DNA of 63,617 nucleotides, counting the filler, from Deltaproteobacteria bacterium (GTDB taxonomy: Bacteria > JAUYMQ01), in assembly GCA_030698575.1 (NCBI GenBank). It is 12 parts of 12 records of this genome, joined end to end, with 100 filler letters (N's around TTAATTAATTAA, not from the genome) between each part and the next. Parts side by side here need not be neighbours in the genome. Positions count along the whole stretch, not along the records: positions 20,483 to 26,599 come from JAUYMQ010000530.1; positions 26,700 to 29,529 come from JAUYMQ010000534.1; positions 29,630 to 32,639 come from JAUYMQ010000535.1; positions 32,740 to 35,654 come from JAUYMQ010000540.1; positions 35,755 to 42,868 come from JAUYMQ010000545.1; 7 more parts are not named here. One strand, given 5' to 3'. The position numbers were made by a program, and so were the translations under genes. Each line of letters starts with the position of its first letter. Positions within the stretch are counted from its first letter, which is position 1. Below are positions 22,915 to 37,425 of this stretch, one piece after another. Under the pieces are notes generated by a model. It worked only from the letters and a program-made list of their open reading frames with translations. It had not been told where the DNA came from and made no database searches.

Positions 22915-24820
22915 ATGGGGAAGATCATCGGTATCGACCTGGGGACGACGAACTCGGTGGTGGCCGTCATGGAGGGCGGCGAGCCCGTCGTCATAGCCAA
23001 TGAGGAGGGGAGCCGGATCACCCCGTCCGTCGTCGCCTTCACCAAGGACGGCGAGGAGCTGGTTGGACAGGTCGCCAAGCGCCAGGCGGTGACCAATCCC
23101 GAGAACACCATCTACTCGATCAAGCGCTTCACCGGCAGGCGGCTCGATGAAGTGAATGAAGAGATCAGGCTCGTTCCCTACAAGGTGGTGGCCGACGAAA
23201 AGAACGCGGCCGTGGTCGAGGTTCGGGGCAAGCGCTACGCGCCCCCGCAGATCAGCGCCAAGATTCTCCAGAAGCTCAAGCGATCGGCGGAGGCCTACCT
23301 CGGCCAGCCTGTTACTGAAGCGGTCATCACGGTTCCCGCCTATTTCAACGACGGCCAGCGGCAGGCCACGAAGGACGCGGGCGCCATCGCCGGCCTCGAG
23401 GTCAAGCGGATCATCAACGAGCCCACCGCCGCCGCGCTGGCGTACGGTCTCAACAAGAAGAAAGACGAGACCATCGTCGTGTACGACTTCGGCGGCGGCA
23501 CCTTCGACATCTCGATCCTCGAGGTCGGCGACGACGTCGTCGAGGTGAAGGCGACCAATGGCGACACGCATCTCGGTGGCGACAATCTCGACCAGCGGAT
23601 CATCGATTGGCTGGTGGCCGAGTTCAAAAAGGACCAGGGGATCGACATCAGCAAGGATCCCATGGCCGTTCAGCGCCTGAGGGAAGCGGCCGAGAAGGCG
23701 AAGATCGAGCTCTCGAGCACCGTCGAGACCGACATCAATCTCCCCTTCGTCACGGCCGACGCCTCGGGCCCCAAGCACCTGAATCTGAAGCTGACGCGCG
23801 CGAAGCTGGAGCAGCTCGTCGGTGATCTGCTCGAGCGTACCCTCGAGCCTTGCCGGAAGGCGATGGCCGACGCGGGGCTGAAGACCGGCGACATCAACGA
23901 GGTCGTGCTCGTGGGAGGCTCGACGCGTATCCCCAAGGTCCAGCAGCTCGTGAAGGAACTGTTCGGCAGGGAGCCCAACAAGAGTGTGAACCCCGACGAG
24001 GTGGTCGCCGTGGGCGCCGCCGTCCAGGCCGGCGTGCTGGCGGGAGACGTGAAGGACGTGCTGCTGCTCGATGTGACGCCGCTGAGCCTCGGCATCGAGA
24101 CCCTGGGCGGCGTGATGACGAAGCTCATCGATCGCAATACCACCATTCCCACCCGCAAGAGCGAGACTTTTTCCACAGCGGCCGACAACCAGTCGAGCGT
24201 GGAGATCCACGTGCTCCAGGGCGAGCGGGAGATGGCTGGGGACAATCGGACCCTGGGCAAGTTCCACCTCATGGGCATTCCGGCTGCGCCCCGGGGTGTT
24301 CCGCAGGTCGAGGTGACCTTCGACATCGACGCTGACGGAATCGTGAACGTGTCTGCGAAGGATCTCGGCACCAACAAGGAGCAGTCGATCAAGATCACGG
24401 CCTCGAGCGGGCTCAGCAATGAGGAAGTCGAAGGAATGACGAAGGACGCCGAGGTGCACGCCGAGGACGACAAGCGCCGCCGGAGCGTCATCGAGGCCCG
24501 CAACCAGCTCGACTCGCTCATCTATCAGACCGAGAAGCTGATGGGCGAGAACAAAGACAAGATTCCCGAGGCCGAGGCCAATTCGCTGAACGAGGCGGTC
24601 ACCGCCGGACGGAAGCTGGTGGATGAGAAGTCCGACGACGAGGCCGGTATCAAGGCCGCGATCGAGAAGATCACCAAGGCTTCCCACTCCCTGGCCGAGA
24701 TCCTCTACAAGAGCGGCCAGGCCGCCGGGGATTCTTCAGGCGAGGGTGGCGGGAGCAGCGAGCCCGATTCGGCCGGCAAGGAGGAGGTCGTGGACGCCGA
24801 GTTCACCGAGGACAATAAGG

Positions 24821-24828
<8 letters not shown>
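22915..24828 (+). CDS. dnaK: Chaperone DnaK
   Basis: [32 protein letters not shown] tail. Confidence 0.99.
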
Positions 24829-26599
<1,771 letters not shown>

Positions 26600-26700
26600 N
26601 NNNNNNNNNNNNNNNNNNNNNNNNNNNNNNNNNNNNNNNNNNNTTAATTAATTAANNNNNNNNNNNNNNNNNNNNNNNNNNNNNNNNNNNNNNNNNNNNT

Positions 26701-28371
26701 TGGTTTACCTGGTACACGAAAAACGACCAGTATTCGCGGCAGAAGCTGCAGGGCGACCTGGAGAACCTGCGCTCGTACTACATGAACCGCGGGTTTCTGG
26801 ACTTCAATATCGATTCGACTCAGGTCTCCATCACGCCGGACAAGCGCGACATTTACATCACCGTCAATATTTCCGAAGGCGAGAAATACACGGTTTCGGA
26901 CGTGAAAATCGGCGGCGATCCGATCGTGGCGGAAGAGGAGCTGCGCAAGCTGATCACGATCAAGCCGGGCGACCCATTCTCGCGCGAGAGACTTTCCGAG
27001 ACCTCCAAGCGTATCGTCGACCGGCTGGGCAACGACGGCTACGCGTTTGCCAATGCCAACGCCGTGCCCGATGTGGACCGGGACAAGCGCACCGTCGCCT
27101 TCACCTTCATGATCGATCCCGGAAGGCGGGTATACGTAAGGCGCATCAACATCGCCGGCAATACGCGGACCCGGGACGAAGTCATCCGCCGCGACATGCG
27201 CCAATTGGAAGGCAGCTTTTACGATGCTTCAAAGCTGCAGTTGTCCAAGCAGCGCATCGACCGCACCGGGTACTTCGCCGAGGTGGAAGTGGAAACGCCC
27301 CCGGTGACCGGCACGACCGACCAGGTGGATGTCACGGTCCGGGTCAAGGAAAAGCCCACCGGGGCGATTTTGCTGGGAATAGGGTATTCGAGCGCCGACA
27401 AACTCATTCTTCAGGCCGGGATCTCGCAATCCAACATCTTCGGCAGCGGCAACACGGTTGGTGCGCAGGTGAACACGGGCAGCTTCAGCCGGGTTCTGTC
27501 GATGTCATTTACGCAGCCGTACTACACGGTGGACGGGGTCTCACGGGGATTCGACGCATACAACCGCAAGATTGACGCCGACGTGCTCCTGCTCGGTCAT
27601 TACACGACGAATTCGCTGGGTGCCGGCATACGATACGGCATTCCCATGACCGAGTTCGACACCATCGTGCTTGGCATGTCGGCCGAACGCACGAAACTGG
27701 GTTTGTTTTCGGATAGCCCGGTCCGCCTGCTTGATTTCGAGAATCTGTACGGAAGCGACTATTCGTTCCTTATAGGAACTGCCGGCTGGACCAGGGATAC
27801 GCGCGACAGCGTCATATGGACGACACGGGGGAGCGTGCAACGACTAACCTCCGAAGTGACCTTGCCCGTAGGCGATCTCCGGTACTACAAAGTCGGCTAT
27901 GAGCACCAGTGGTTCTATCCGCTCAGCCAGACCTTCACGCTCATGTTGCGGGGCGATATTGGAGTAGGCGAGGGAACGGGCGGCAAGCCGCTGCCGTTCT
28001 TCAAGAATTACTACGCGGGTGGTGTAAGTTCCGTTCGCGGTTACAACACCTCCTCGCTGGGGCCCCGCGACCCCAGCGACGACAGCGTCGTCGGCGGCAG
28101 CCGGCGCCTTGTGGGCAATGCCGAACTGCTGTTTCCGATGCCTGGGATGACAGCCGACCGGTCCGTACGGCTCGGCGCGTTCGTCGACGGGGGGCAGGTA
28201 TTCGCGCCCGAAGACAAGATCGCGCTGTCCGAAATGCGTTATGCGGCAGGTCTGAGCCTGGCCTGGAATTCTCCCGTCGGCCCCCTGAAATTCAGCGTGG
28301 CCTGGCCGCTCAATTCAAAATCCGGCGACAACATCCAGCGGCTGCAGTTCACGCTTGGCCAGGTGTTTTGA
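26701..28371 (+). CDS. bamA: Outer membrane assembly factor BamA (5'-truncated)
   Basis: POTRA motif [16 protein letters not shown] loop, C-terminal QFTLGQVF. Confidence 0.96.
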   Translation, partial: WFTWYTKNDQYSRQKLQGDLENLRSYYMNRGFLDFNIDSTQVSITPDKRDIYITVNISEGEKYTVSDVKIGGDPIVAEEELRKLITIKPGDPFSRERLSETSKRIVDRLGNDGYAFANANAVPDVDRDKRTVAFTFMIDPGRRVYVRRINIAGNTRTRDEVIRRDMRQLEGSFYDASKLQLSKQRIDRTGYFAEVEVETPPVTGTTDQVDVTVRVKEKPTGAILLGIGYSSADKLILQAGISQSNIFGSGNTVGAQVNTGSFSRVLSMSFTQPYYTVDGVSRGFDAYNRKIDADVLLLGHYTTNSLGAGIRYGIPMTEFDTIVLGMSAERTKLGLFSDSPVRLLDFENLYGSDYSFLIGTAGWTRDTRDSVIWTTRGSVQRLTSEVTLPVGDLRYYKVGYEHQWFYPLSQTFTLMLRGDIGVGEGTGGKPLPFFKNYYAGGVSSVRGYNTSSLGPRDPSDDSVVGGSRRLVGNAELLFPMPGMTADRSVRLGAFVDGGQVFAPEDKIALSEMRYAAGLSLAWNSPVGPLKFSVAWPLNSKSGDNIQRLQFTLGQVF

Positions 28372-28432
28372 GGTTACAGGTATAATATAAGGGCATTTTT
28401 GCGGCCCCCCACGGTATTGGTAGGAGACGGGT

Positions 28433-28945
28433 TTGAGCTACGCGCGTCTGATTCTTTTTTCCCTGCTGGCGGTTGTTGCGACGAGCAGCGTTGCCCAGGC
28501 CGAAGGACGGGTTGGCTATGTCAATCTCGAGCGCATACTACGGGACTCCGCGCCGGCGGTACGTGCGCAGAAGAAGCTGGAGCTCGAGTTTGCCAAGCGC
28601 GACCAGGAACTCGGCAAGTTCGCCGATCAGCTGAAGCAGCTGCAGGCCACGCTCGAGAAAAACGCCGTGACCATGTCCGAGTCGGAGCGCACCAAGCGTG
28701 ACCGCGAGTTCGCTGACCTCAATCGCGAGTTCCAGCGCAAGCAGCGTGAGGCGCGCGAAGATTTCAACCAGCGCCGCAATGAGGAGTTGGCTGGCGTCAT
28801 CGAGCGCGCCAACCGGGCGGTGAAGCAGATTGCCGAGGCCGAGAAATACGACGTCATTTTCCAGGAAGCGGTCTGGGCAAGCCCGCGCATCGATATCACC
28901 GACAAGGTCATTAGGGCGCTGGACGACAGCAAGCCGGCGAAATAG
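28433..28945 (+). CDS. skp: Periplasmic chaperone Skp/OmpH
   Basis: Signal peptide, VGYVNLERIL, DITDKVI; canonical position after bamA. Confidence 0.94.
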   Translation: MSYARLILFSLLAVVATSSVAQAEGRVGYVNLERILRDSAPAVRAQKKLELEFAKRDQELGKFADQLKQLQATLEKNAVTMSESERTKRDREFADLNREFQRKQREAREDFNQRRNEELAGVIERANRAVKQIAEAEKYDVIFQEAVWASPRIDITDKVIRALDDSKPAK

Positions 28946-28949
28946 CGGG

Positions 28950-29529
28950 ATGACCGCCCCCCGAGCGTTCATGCTCGCTGAGATTGTCGAGCGCCTGGGG
29001 GGCGAGCTGGTCGGTAATCCCCAGGTCATGATCAGGCAAGTCGCCACCCTGGAGTCCGCCGGGCCGGGCGACATCGCATTTCTGGGCCGAGGCAGATACC
29101 GGCCGCAACTGGGTGCGACGCGCGCCGCGGCGGTGATACTTCCCCACGCACAGCGGGATGCCACGGCAGCGCCCCGCATCCTTTGCGACGACCCATACCT
29201 CTATTTCGCGCGGGTTTGCGCGCTGCTCAACCCGCCACAGGAAGTCGCACCCGGCGTTCACCCGAGCGCAGTGATCGAGCCGGGTGCGCATATCGCCGCC
29301 TCTGCCCGCATCGGGCCTGGCTGCCATATCGGCAGGCGCGCGCAAGTCGGTGAAGGGGCGTGCATCGACGCGGGCTGCGCGATCGGGGATGATGCGTGCA
29401 TTGGTGAACGAAGCCGGCTGTATCCCTCCGTAGTGGTGTATGCACGCTGCATCATTGGCCGGCGGGCCGTCGTTCACTCCGGGGTGGTCATCGGGGCCGA
29501 CGGGTTTGGCATGGTGCTCGACGCCGGGC
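28950..29529 (+). CDS. lpxD: UDP-3-O-acylglucosamine N-acyltransferase (3'-truncated)
   Basis: DPYLYFA, hexapeptide repeats, IGADGFG; bamA-skp-lpxD order. Confidence 0.95.
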
Positions 29530-29651
29530 NNNNNNNNNNNNNNNNNNNNNNNNNNNNNNNNNNNNNNNNNNNNTTAATTAATTAANNNNNNNNNNNNNNN
29601 NNNNNNNNNNNNNNNNNNNNNNNNNNNNNCCCCGGCGGGTCGCTCCTGATG

Positions 29652-29924
29652 TCACTGCCTTACGTCAAAGAGCACAAAGCGCACAGGGGCCGTGCCCCCG
29701 TTGACCGCATCATGTGTCGCGTTTGACGGCCACTCGAACGGTTTCCCCGCTCCGATCCTGTTCTCGACGCCGCCTACGTGACTGGTCAGCGTTCCATCAA
29801 CGACGTACCCCATGCCGGGTTCGGCAGTGGCGCCCTCCGCCAGCAGCTTGTCACCTACCGGCGCCAACGCGGTCGCCCACGGCTGACCTAGTTGATGCCA
29901 GCCGCGATCTCCCCGTGCTATCAT
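29652..29924 (-). CDS. Cupin-like small protein or fragment
   Basis: GYVVDGTL...GAG..FEWP.NATH.AVN.G..PVRFV resembles a cupin barrel; N-terminus unclear. Confidence 0.45.
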   Translation of the reverse strand: MIARGDRGWHQLGQPWATALAPVGDKLLAEGATAEPGMGYVVDGTLTSHVGGVENRIGAGKPFEWPSNATHDAVNGGTAPVRFVLFDVRQ

Positions 29925-29956
29925 CGAAGCCTGATCGCCTACGGGAGGGCAACGCG

Positions 29957-30745
29957 ATGACGAACCAGGTAAGCGCAGCGAACATCGACCGCGAACGCCT
30001 GCGGGAGCAGGTCGCGTCGAAGTACACGGACGTGGCCAGCGCGCCCGAAAAGGGGTTTCACTTCCATACGGGCCGCCCGCTGGCGAAGATGCTGGGCTAC
30101 GAAGACGCGGACCTCGACTGGCTGCCGAAGTCGACGCTCGAGTCCTTTGCCGGGACGGGGAATCCCCTCTCGATGGGACGCCTGAACCCCGGCGAAGTGG
30201 TGGTCGACCTCGGCTGCGGAGCGGGCGTTGACGCTCTCCTCGCCGCGCGACAGGTCGGGCCGAAAGGTCGAGTGATCGCCGTGGACATGACCGCGGCGAT
30301 GCTGGCGAAGACGCGAATTGGCGCCCTCGCGCTGGGATTGGGGAACGTGGACGCTCGCTTCGGCTACGCCGAGGCGCTGCCGGTCGAGAGCGGGTCCGTG
30401 GACATCCTGATCAGCAACGGCGTAATCAACCTCTGCCCGGACAAGGTCGCGGTCATGCAGGAAGTCCGGCGCGTCTTGAAGCCCGGCGGCCGCATTCAGG
30501 TCGGGGACATCGTCGTCCACAAGGAAGTGCCCCAGGACGCCAGGGAAGACATCGATCTCTGGGCTGGCTGAATAGCGGGCGCTCTGCTGGAAGCAGAGTG
30601 GCGGTGGCTGCTGGGTCATCTGCGTTTCACCGACATCCGATGGGGCAGGCAGGTGGACGTCTTCTCAGGGTCGAAGCACGAATCCGACGCCAGGGAGTTC
30701 GATACGCGGGGCGTCACGCTTGCGGCCGTGAAGCCCAAGACCTAA
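29957..30745 (+). CDS. ArsM-like SAM methyltransferase, probable selenoprotein (Sec205, UGA 30569-30571)
   Basis: GGAGG then ATG 29957; VVDLGCGAG; LWAG-UGA-IAGAL matches the ArsM-type WxGCIAGA motif; frame stays open to TAA 30743-30745. Confidence 0.88.
30580..30600 (+). promoter_or_regulatory. Candidate bacterial SECIS element
   Basis: CG-CTCTGCT-GGA-AGCAGAG-TG hairpin; the G-initiated apical loop begins 18 nt after UGA. Confidence 0.75.
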
Positions 30746-30872
30746 GAGGCGCCACTCGGAGATGCAGCCGAGCGCTTTTCTGTGAGTATTGGTGCCCCGC
30801 CGAACCCGTTACGATCCCGCCATCGTGCGCATACGAGCTTGCCTTGCCCTGGACGAGACTCCCCCGCGGAAT

Positions 30873-31808
30873 TCAAAGGACCTTCACGCTCGCAACAAGA
30901 TTCTCTCTCGCCTGTGCCCTTCTTTCCCGGCCGAGACGTGAGAGCGTCATCGATGTCATGTCTGTAAGCATCTGGACAGTGCGCAAGGCGGCGAGGAAAG
31001 CGTCACTCAGCTGACCCTGCTCCTGGTAGCCATCGAGAATCGCCTGCCTGTCCGTATTGCGAGGCCAACGAACGTCAAAGCCAGGGTGGCTGATATAAGC
31101 GTCACCGAAGTCGATCAACCCTGAGAACCTGAGGGTGGTTGGATCGACGAAGGTGTGTTCTGGTCCGGGGTTGGAGTGGAGGGCGACGAAGGCCGAGTCT
31201 GGCTGCGGCTGGATGAGCGCCATTGCCGTCTCGGCCAGGGTCTCGGGCGATAGCGGAAGGTCCCAGCCGGCGTCGTCGCCATGCGCGGCTGCCACAGCCC
31301 CTTCAAAGCCTCGCTGAAGGCGCGCCCTGAGGTCCTGGAATGAGTCATCGGCCGGGAACAGACCGCAGCTTCTCAGCGGCGACTGGTCAACGCTATGAAG
31401 CTCGTGCAGGGAGCGACCGAGAGCCTGCAGGGTCCTTCTTCGCTCTTCACCTTCGAGGACAACTTGGCGCGCGGCGACGCCAGGCAGGCGAGTCATGCAA
31501 ATGTACTCGACGTCGCCGTCACGCCCGTAGCCGAGCGCTCTCGGGACGCTGATATCAGGATAGCGGGCGAGGACATCCAGGAAGACGGCTTCCTTTTCGA
31601 GGCTCGTCCGGGGCCGCACGCGATGCGGTCTCTGGACCTTCAATACAATGGCGTCGTCCACGAAGTAAGCCCTCGCCTCACCGCCCGATTCGTCGACAGC
31701 CGTGAGCGTCGTGGCGGTCGTGTGCTTTCGGACCAGGGACAGCACACGTCCTTCGTCCAGAACGGGGTCTGCCGGGTCGGGTTGTCTCAGTGCCCCTCCC
31801 GTGACCAT
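30873..31808 (-). CDS. APH/choline-kinase fold protein with altered catalytic loop
   Basis: IVLK, EKE helix, LHSNPGPEH, IDFGDA. Confidence 0.8.
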   Translation of the reverse strand: MVTGGALRQPDPADPVLDEGRVLSLVRKHTTATTLTAVDESGGEARAYFVDDAIVLKVQRPHRVRPRTSLEKEAVFLDVLARYPDISVPRALGYGRDGDVEYICMTRLPGVAARQVVLEGEERRRTLQALGRSLHELHSVDQSPLRSCGLFPADDSFQDLRARLQRGFEGAVAAAHGDDAGWDLPLSPETLAETAMALIQPQPDSAFVALHSNPGPEHTFVDPTTLRFSGLIDFGDAYISHPGFDVRWPRNTDRQAILDGYQEQGQLSDAFLAALRTVQMLTDMTSMTLSRLGRERRAQARENLVASVKVL

Positions 31809-31831
31809 CGACTTACTACCTTCCGCCTCCG

Positions 31832-32639
31832 CTAGATCTCTTGCAGCAGGGAGTGCAGGTTGTCCTCTGCTCGCCCCGGTGGCTCTCGACGGCGCAGCAC
31901 CGAGGCCAACTCGCCGAGAATGAGCCCCACCCGCCAGGTGCGGGCGAACGCGTCATCGACGGGGCCTTGATCAGTGTAGCCGGCGTACACCGCGCCGCGG
32001 TCGGCGGGGTTCCGCCAGGGCCGCAGGTCGAAGGCCGGGTGGCTGATGTAGGCGTCGCCAAAGTCGATGAGCCCGGAGAGTGCCACGGTCTCCAGGTTCA
32101 CGAAGACGTGCTCGCCGGCGGGATTGGAGTGAAGGGGGGCGCGATGGGTCGTGTCAGGGAGCGCCTCCAGCGCCCTGGCGGCGACCTCCTCGGCTGACAG
32201 CCGGAGACGCCACTCCTCGGGGAGTTCGTTCACGGCGGCGACAATCTGAGAGAAAAGTGTCTCCAGGCGCGCCTTTAGCTCCCCAGAACCGCCGTCTTCC
32301 GCGAACAAGCCGCTTTCAGAGAAAGGAGCCAGCGGAAGCGCATGGAGCCGGCGAAGCGTCCTGCCGAGGTCGCGGAGCACTCGTTGCCGCTGCTCCGACG
32401 TGAGGTCTGCGCGGCGCAGCGGCACGCCGGGAACCCGAGTCATGCAGACGTACTCCACGCCATTCTCCCGTCCGTATCCCAGCGGCTCTGGCGCCGGGAT
32501 GCTGGCGTCGCTGGCAAGCTGGCTGAGGAAGAAGGCTTCCTTCTCCAGGCTGGTCTCGAACTCCTCCACAACCCGCGCTCGCAACCGAGCGGGGCGATGG
32601 GTCTTCAAGACAATCGAGTCATCAATGAAGTAGGCTCTG
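31832..32639 (-). CDS. Second APH-fold paralogue (5'-truncated)
   Basis: RAYFIDDSIVLK, TSLEKEAFFL, LHSNPAGEH, IDFGDAYISHP. Confidence 0.8.
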
Positions 32640-32739
32640 NNNNNNNNNNNNNNNNNNNNNNNNNNNNNNNNNNNNNNNNNNNNTTAATTAATTAANNNNN
32701 NNNNNNNNNNNNNNNNNNNNNNNNNNNNNNNNNNNNNNN

Positions 32740-32843
32740 GCTATGGCCAGTTCACCTACGGCTTCAACTACTGGGGCCCGATCGGCGTCTTCACCCGCGA
32801 CACCTACGCCGTCGTGCGCAAGCTGGAGAGGCTGGAGTGGTGA
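32740..32843 (+). CDS. narG: Nitrate reductase/NXR alpha subunit, C-terminus
   Basis: Own translation [33 protein letters not shown]. Confidence 0.85.
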
Positions 32844-32890
32844 GCCCGTCACCCTCGCACGAAGTCGGCGGAGAGAGAAGGAACGAGCCC

Positions 32891-34399
<1,509 letters not shown>

Positions 34400-34401
34400 C
34401 C

Positions 34402-35034
34402 ATGGCCGATCCGAGCGTCGACCGGTCGCTCTTTCGCGCCTTTGCCGAGATGCTCGAGTATCCGCACGCGAGCCCGTTGGAGCGCGCGCGGGCGTGCGCG
34501 GCCCTCCTCGCCCCCCTCAGTCCGGAAGCCGCGGCGCTGGTGGACGAGTTCGCGGCCGTCGCGGAACGAACGCCGCACGGGGACCTCCAGGAGGCCTACA
34601 CGCGGACCTTCGACCTGAACGCGACGTACTGTCCCTACGTCGGCTACCACCTCTTCGGCGAGAGCTACAAGCGGAGCGTGTTCCTCGTCAGGCTCAAGAC
34701 GGAGTACCGGGCCGTGGGCGTCGAGACGGGGAGCGAGATCCCGGATCACCTCGCCCTCGTGCTGCGCTTCCTGGCGGCGAGCGAGGACGCCGATCTGACG
34801 GGCGAGGTGATCGTGGACGCGCTCCTTCCGGCGCTCGGGCGGATGGTCCGGGGGGCCGGCGCCGTCGAATCCTGCGATCACGACGCGCCGCCCGATCCCG
34901 CGCAGGACCCTCAGATCTACCACGGGGTGCTCGAGGCGCTCCGCCTCCTGCTCGCGGCGCGAGGTCCGTCGGCCAGCCCCGATGCCTCGGGCGAGCGACC
35001 GGTGGGTGATCGTGAACCGTCCGCGACCGGGTAA
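34402..35034 (+). CDS. narJ: Nitrate reductase maturation chaperone
   Basis: YTRTFDL, EIPDHL; lies between narH and narI. Confidence 0.9.
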   Translation: MADPSVDRSLFRAFAEMLEYPHASPLERARACAALLAPLSPEAAALVDEFAAVAERTPHGDLQEAYTRTFDLNATYCPYVGYHLFGESYKRSVFLVRLKTEYRAVGVETGSEIPDHLALVLRFLAASEDADLTGEVIVDALLPALGRMVRGAGAVESCDHDAPPDPAQDPQIYHGVLEALRLLLAARGPSASPDASGERPVGDREPSATG

Positions 35035-35054
35035 CCGCTGAGGAGGCCCAGGCG

Positions 35055-35654
35055 ATGCTCGACACGATGCTCTTCGCGGTCTTCCCGTACGTGGCCGTGG
35101 TCCTCGCCGTGGTGGTGGGAATCTCCCGGTACTTCGGGGACCGCTTCTCCTTCTCCAGCCTCTCGTCCCAGTTCCTCGAAAACCGCGCCCTCTTCTGGGG
35201 ATCGGTGCCGTTCCACTACGGCATCCTGCTCGTCCTGCTGGCGCATCTGCTGGCCCTCGTCTTCCCCGCGCAATGGGCGGCGTTGATCGCCGAGCCGATC
35301 CGCCTCTACGTGCTCGAGGTGACCGGGCTCGCCCTCGGGGCGCTGGCCCTCGTCGGGCTCGCGGTGCTGATCGTGCGGCGCCTCCGCCAGCCGCGGGTGC
35401 TCGCCGTCACGTCGGCCGCCGACTGGGTGCTGCTGGCCATCCTGTTCGGGCAGGTCGCCCTCGGGCTCTGGGTGGCGCTCGTGTACCGCTGGGGGTCGGA
35501 CTGGTACCTGCACACGGCGGTCCCGTGGCTGATCTCGCTCGGCAGCCTGAGTCCTCAAGTTGAGTACGTCACCGCGCTCCCGTGGGCCGTCAAGCTCCAC
35601 ATGCTGGGTGGCTTCGTCCTCGTCGCCGTCTTCCCCTTCACCCGGCTTGTGCAC
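35055..35654 (+). CDS. narI: Nitrate reductase gamma (cytochrome b) subunit (3'-truncated)
   Basis: FPYVA, SSQFLE, FHYGI, KLHML, PFTRLVH. Confidence 0.93.
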
Positions 35655-35754
35655 NNNNNNNNNNNNNNNNNNNNNNNNNNNNNNNNNNNNNNNNNNNNTT
35701 AATTAATTAANNNNNNNNNNNNNNNNNNNNNNNNNNNNNNNNNNNNNNNNNNNN

Positions 35755-35895
35755 GGCATGACCGCCGACTGGGTTCGCCTGCCTTACGACGTATTGGAAC
35801 GAATCTCCAGCCGCATCGTGAACGAAGTTCGCGGCATCAGCCGCGTCGTCTACGACATCACCTCCAAACCCCCCAGCACCATCGAGTGGGAATGA
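35755..35895 (+). CDS. guaA: GMP synthase, C-terminus
   Basis: Own translation GMTADW...[17 protein letters not shown]. Confidence 0.93.
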   Translation, partial: GMTADWVRLPYDVLERISSRIVNEVRGISRVVYDITSKPPSTIEWE

Positions 35896-36047
35896 AGATG
35901 GGGCCCACTGCCTCTGCGCCCGTTTCTTCAAACTGCTCATCCGTCATCAAGGGCTTCGCCGGCCCGGCTGATCTCCCCCGATCTCAGACCTGTCACCGCT
36001 GACGGGCGCGGCGCCGCCCGGCGCAGCGCGACCCGCTGGAGTGCGAT

Positions 36048-37418
36048 ATGCCCCATGAAACGCAAGCAAATCCCTGGGAGAAGCTCCGGAGCCTGATCGC
36101 TACGAACGACGGGCGGGCACTGGCGGACTTCCTCGATAAGATCGGACCCTCCGAAACGGCCCGGTCCATCTCGCGGCTGGAACAGGCGGAGCAGGCCCGC
36201 CTGATCACGCTCCTCGCGCCCGCCGAGGCCGCGGAGGTTATCGAGGACGTGACGATGGCCCAGGCGGTGGATCTCATCGCGGATCTCTCCGCGGAGGATG
36301 CCGCTGCGATCGTCGGGGAGCTCGAGAGCGATCACCAGGCGGATCTGCTCGGGGATCTTTCTACGGAGAGCGCGGAGGCGATTCTTGGCGTCATGCGGCC
36401 CGAGGAAGCGCGCGACGCCCGGCATCTGCTCTCCTATCCCCCCGACACCGCCGGCGGCATCATGGTCACCGAGTTCGTGGCCTTCCGCGAGGGCGACCGC
36501 GTGAGCGATGCGCTGGCGTCCATGCAGGAGAACCGGGAAGTCTACGCCGACTATCACGTGCAGTACCTCTACGTTTGCGACGACGGCGACCGGCTGAAGG
36601 GGGTGCTGCGAATCCGCGACCTGCTTTATGCGCCGCGCGAGGCGCCCCTCGAGAGCCTGATGATCACCAATCCGCTGACCGTTCCCGCGACGGCAAAACT
36701 CGAGGATCTCGAGCGGTTCTTTGATCAGCATCACCTCCTGGGGGCGCCCGTTCTGGACGACCTGGGCGAGCTGGTGGGGCTGGTGCTTCCGGAGGACGTC
36801 GGGGAAGCGGGCCGGAAGCGATCCGACCGCCAGCTGCTCGACATCAGCGGCATCGTGGGTGGTGAGGAGTTCCGGGGAATGTCTCTCGGCCTGCGATCCC
36901 GCCGGCGGCTCTCCTGGCTTTCGATCAACATCTTCCTCAACGTGATCGCCGCCAGCGTCATCGCTTACTATCAGGACACGCTGGCCGCAGCGATCGCCCT
37001 CGCCGTCTTCCTCCCGATGATCAGCGACATGAGCGGCTGCTCGGGAAATCAGGCGGTGGCGGTCAGCATCCGCGAGCTGACGCTCGGGCTGGTGCGGCCC
37101 GAGGAGGTGCTGCGCGTTCTCGGAAAGGAGGTCAGCCTGGGGGCCATCAACGGCCTGGTGCTGGGCGCCATCCTGGGCGGCGTGGCCTGGCTCTGGAAGG
37201 GGAACATCTATCTGGCGCTGGTCGTAGGCGGCGCACTGCTTGTGAACACGGTGCTGGCTGTGGCGCTCGGCGGCCTTCTGCCGCTCGTTCTGAAGACACT
37301 TCGATTCGACCCCGCGCTGGTGTCGGGTCCCATCCTGACCACAGTGACGGACATGGCAGGCTTCTTCCTGGTGCTGAGCATGGCGACGCTCGTGCTCCCG
37401 AAGCTCGCCATCGGCTGA
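36048..37418 (+). CDS. mgtE: Magnesium transporter MgtE
   Basis: TAGGIM, CBS pair, RRLSWL, GNQA, DPALVSGPILTTVTD. Confidence 0.93.
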   Translation: MPHETQANPWEKLRSLIATNDGRALADFLDKIGPSETARSISRLEQAEQARLITLLAPAEAAEVIEDVTMAQAVDLIADLSAEDAAAIVGELESDHQADLLGDLSTESAEAILGVMRPEEARDARHLLSYPPDTAGGIMVTEFVAFREGDRVSDALASMQENREVYADYHVQYLYVCDDGDRLKGVLRIRDLLYAPREAPLESLMITNPLTVPATAKLEDLERFFDQHHLLGAPVLDDLGELVGLVLPEDVGEAGRKRSDRQLLDISGIVGGEEFRGMSLGLRSRRRLSWLSINIFLNVIAASVIAYYQDTLAAAIALAVFLPMISDMSGCSGNQAVAVSIRELTLGLVRPEEVLRVLGKEVSLGAINGLVLGAILGGVAWLWKGNIYLALVVGGALLVNTVLAVALGGLLPLVLKTLRFDPALVSGPILTTVTDMAGFFLVLSMATLVLPKLAIG

Positions 37419-37425
37419 GAGGGGA

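Noticed and set aside
30873-32639. Aminoglycoside resistance genes
   Set aside because: Catalytic Asp absent in both; the fold alone does not imply resistance
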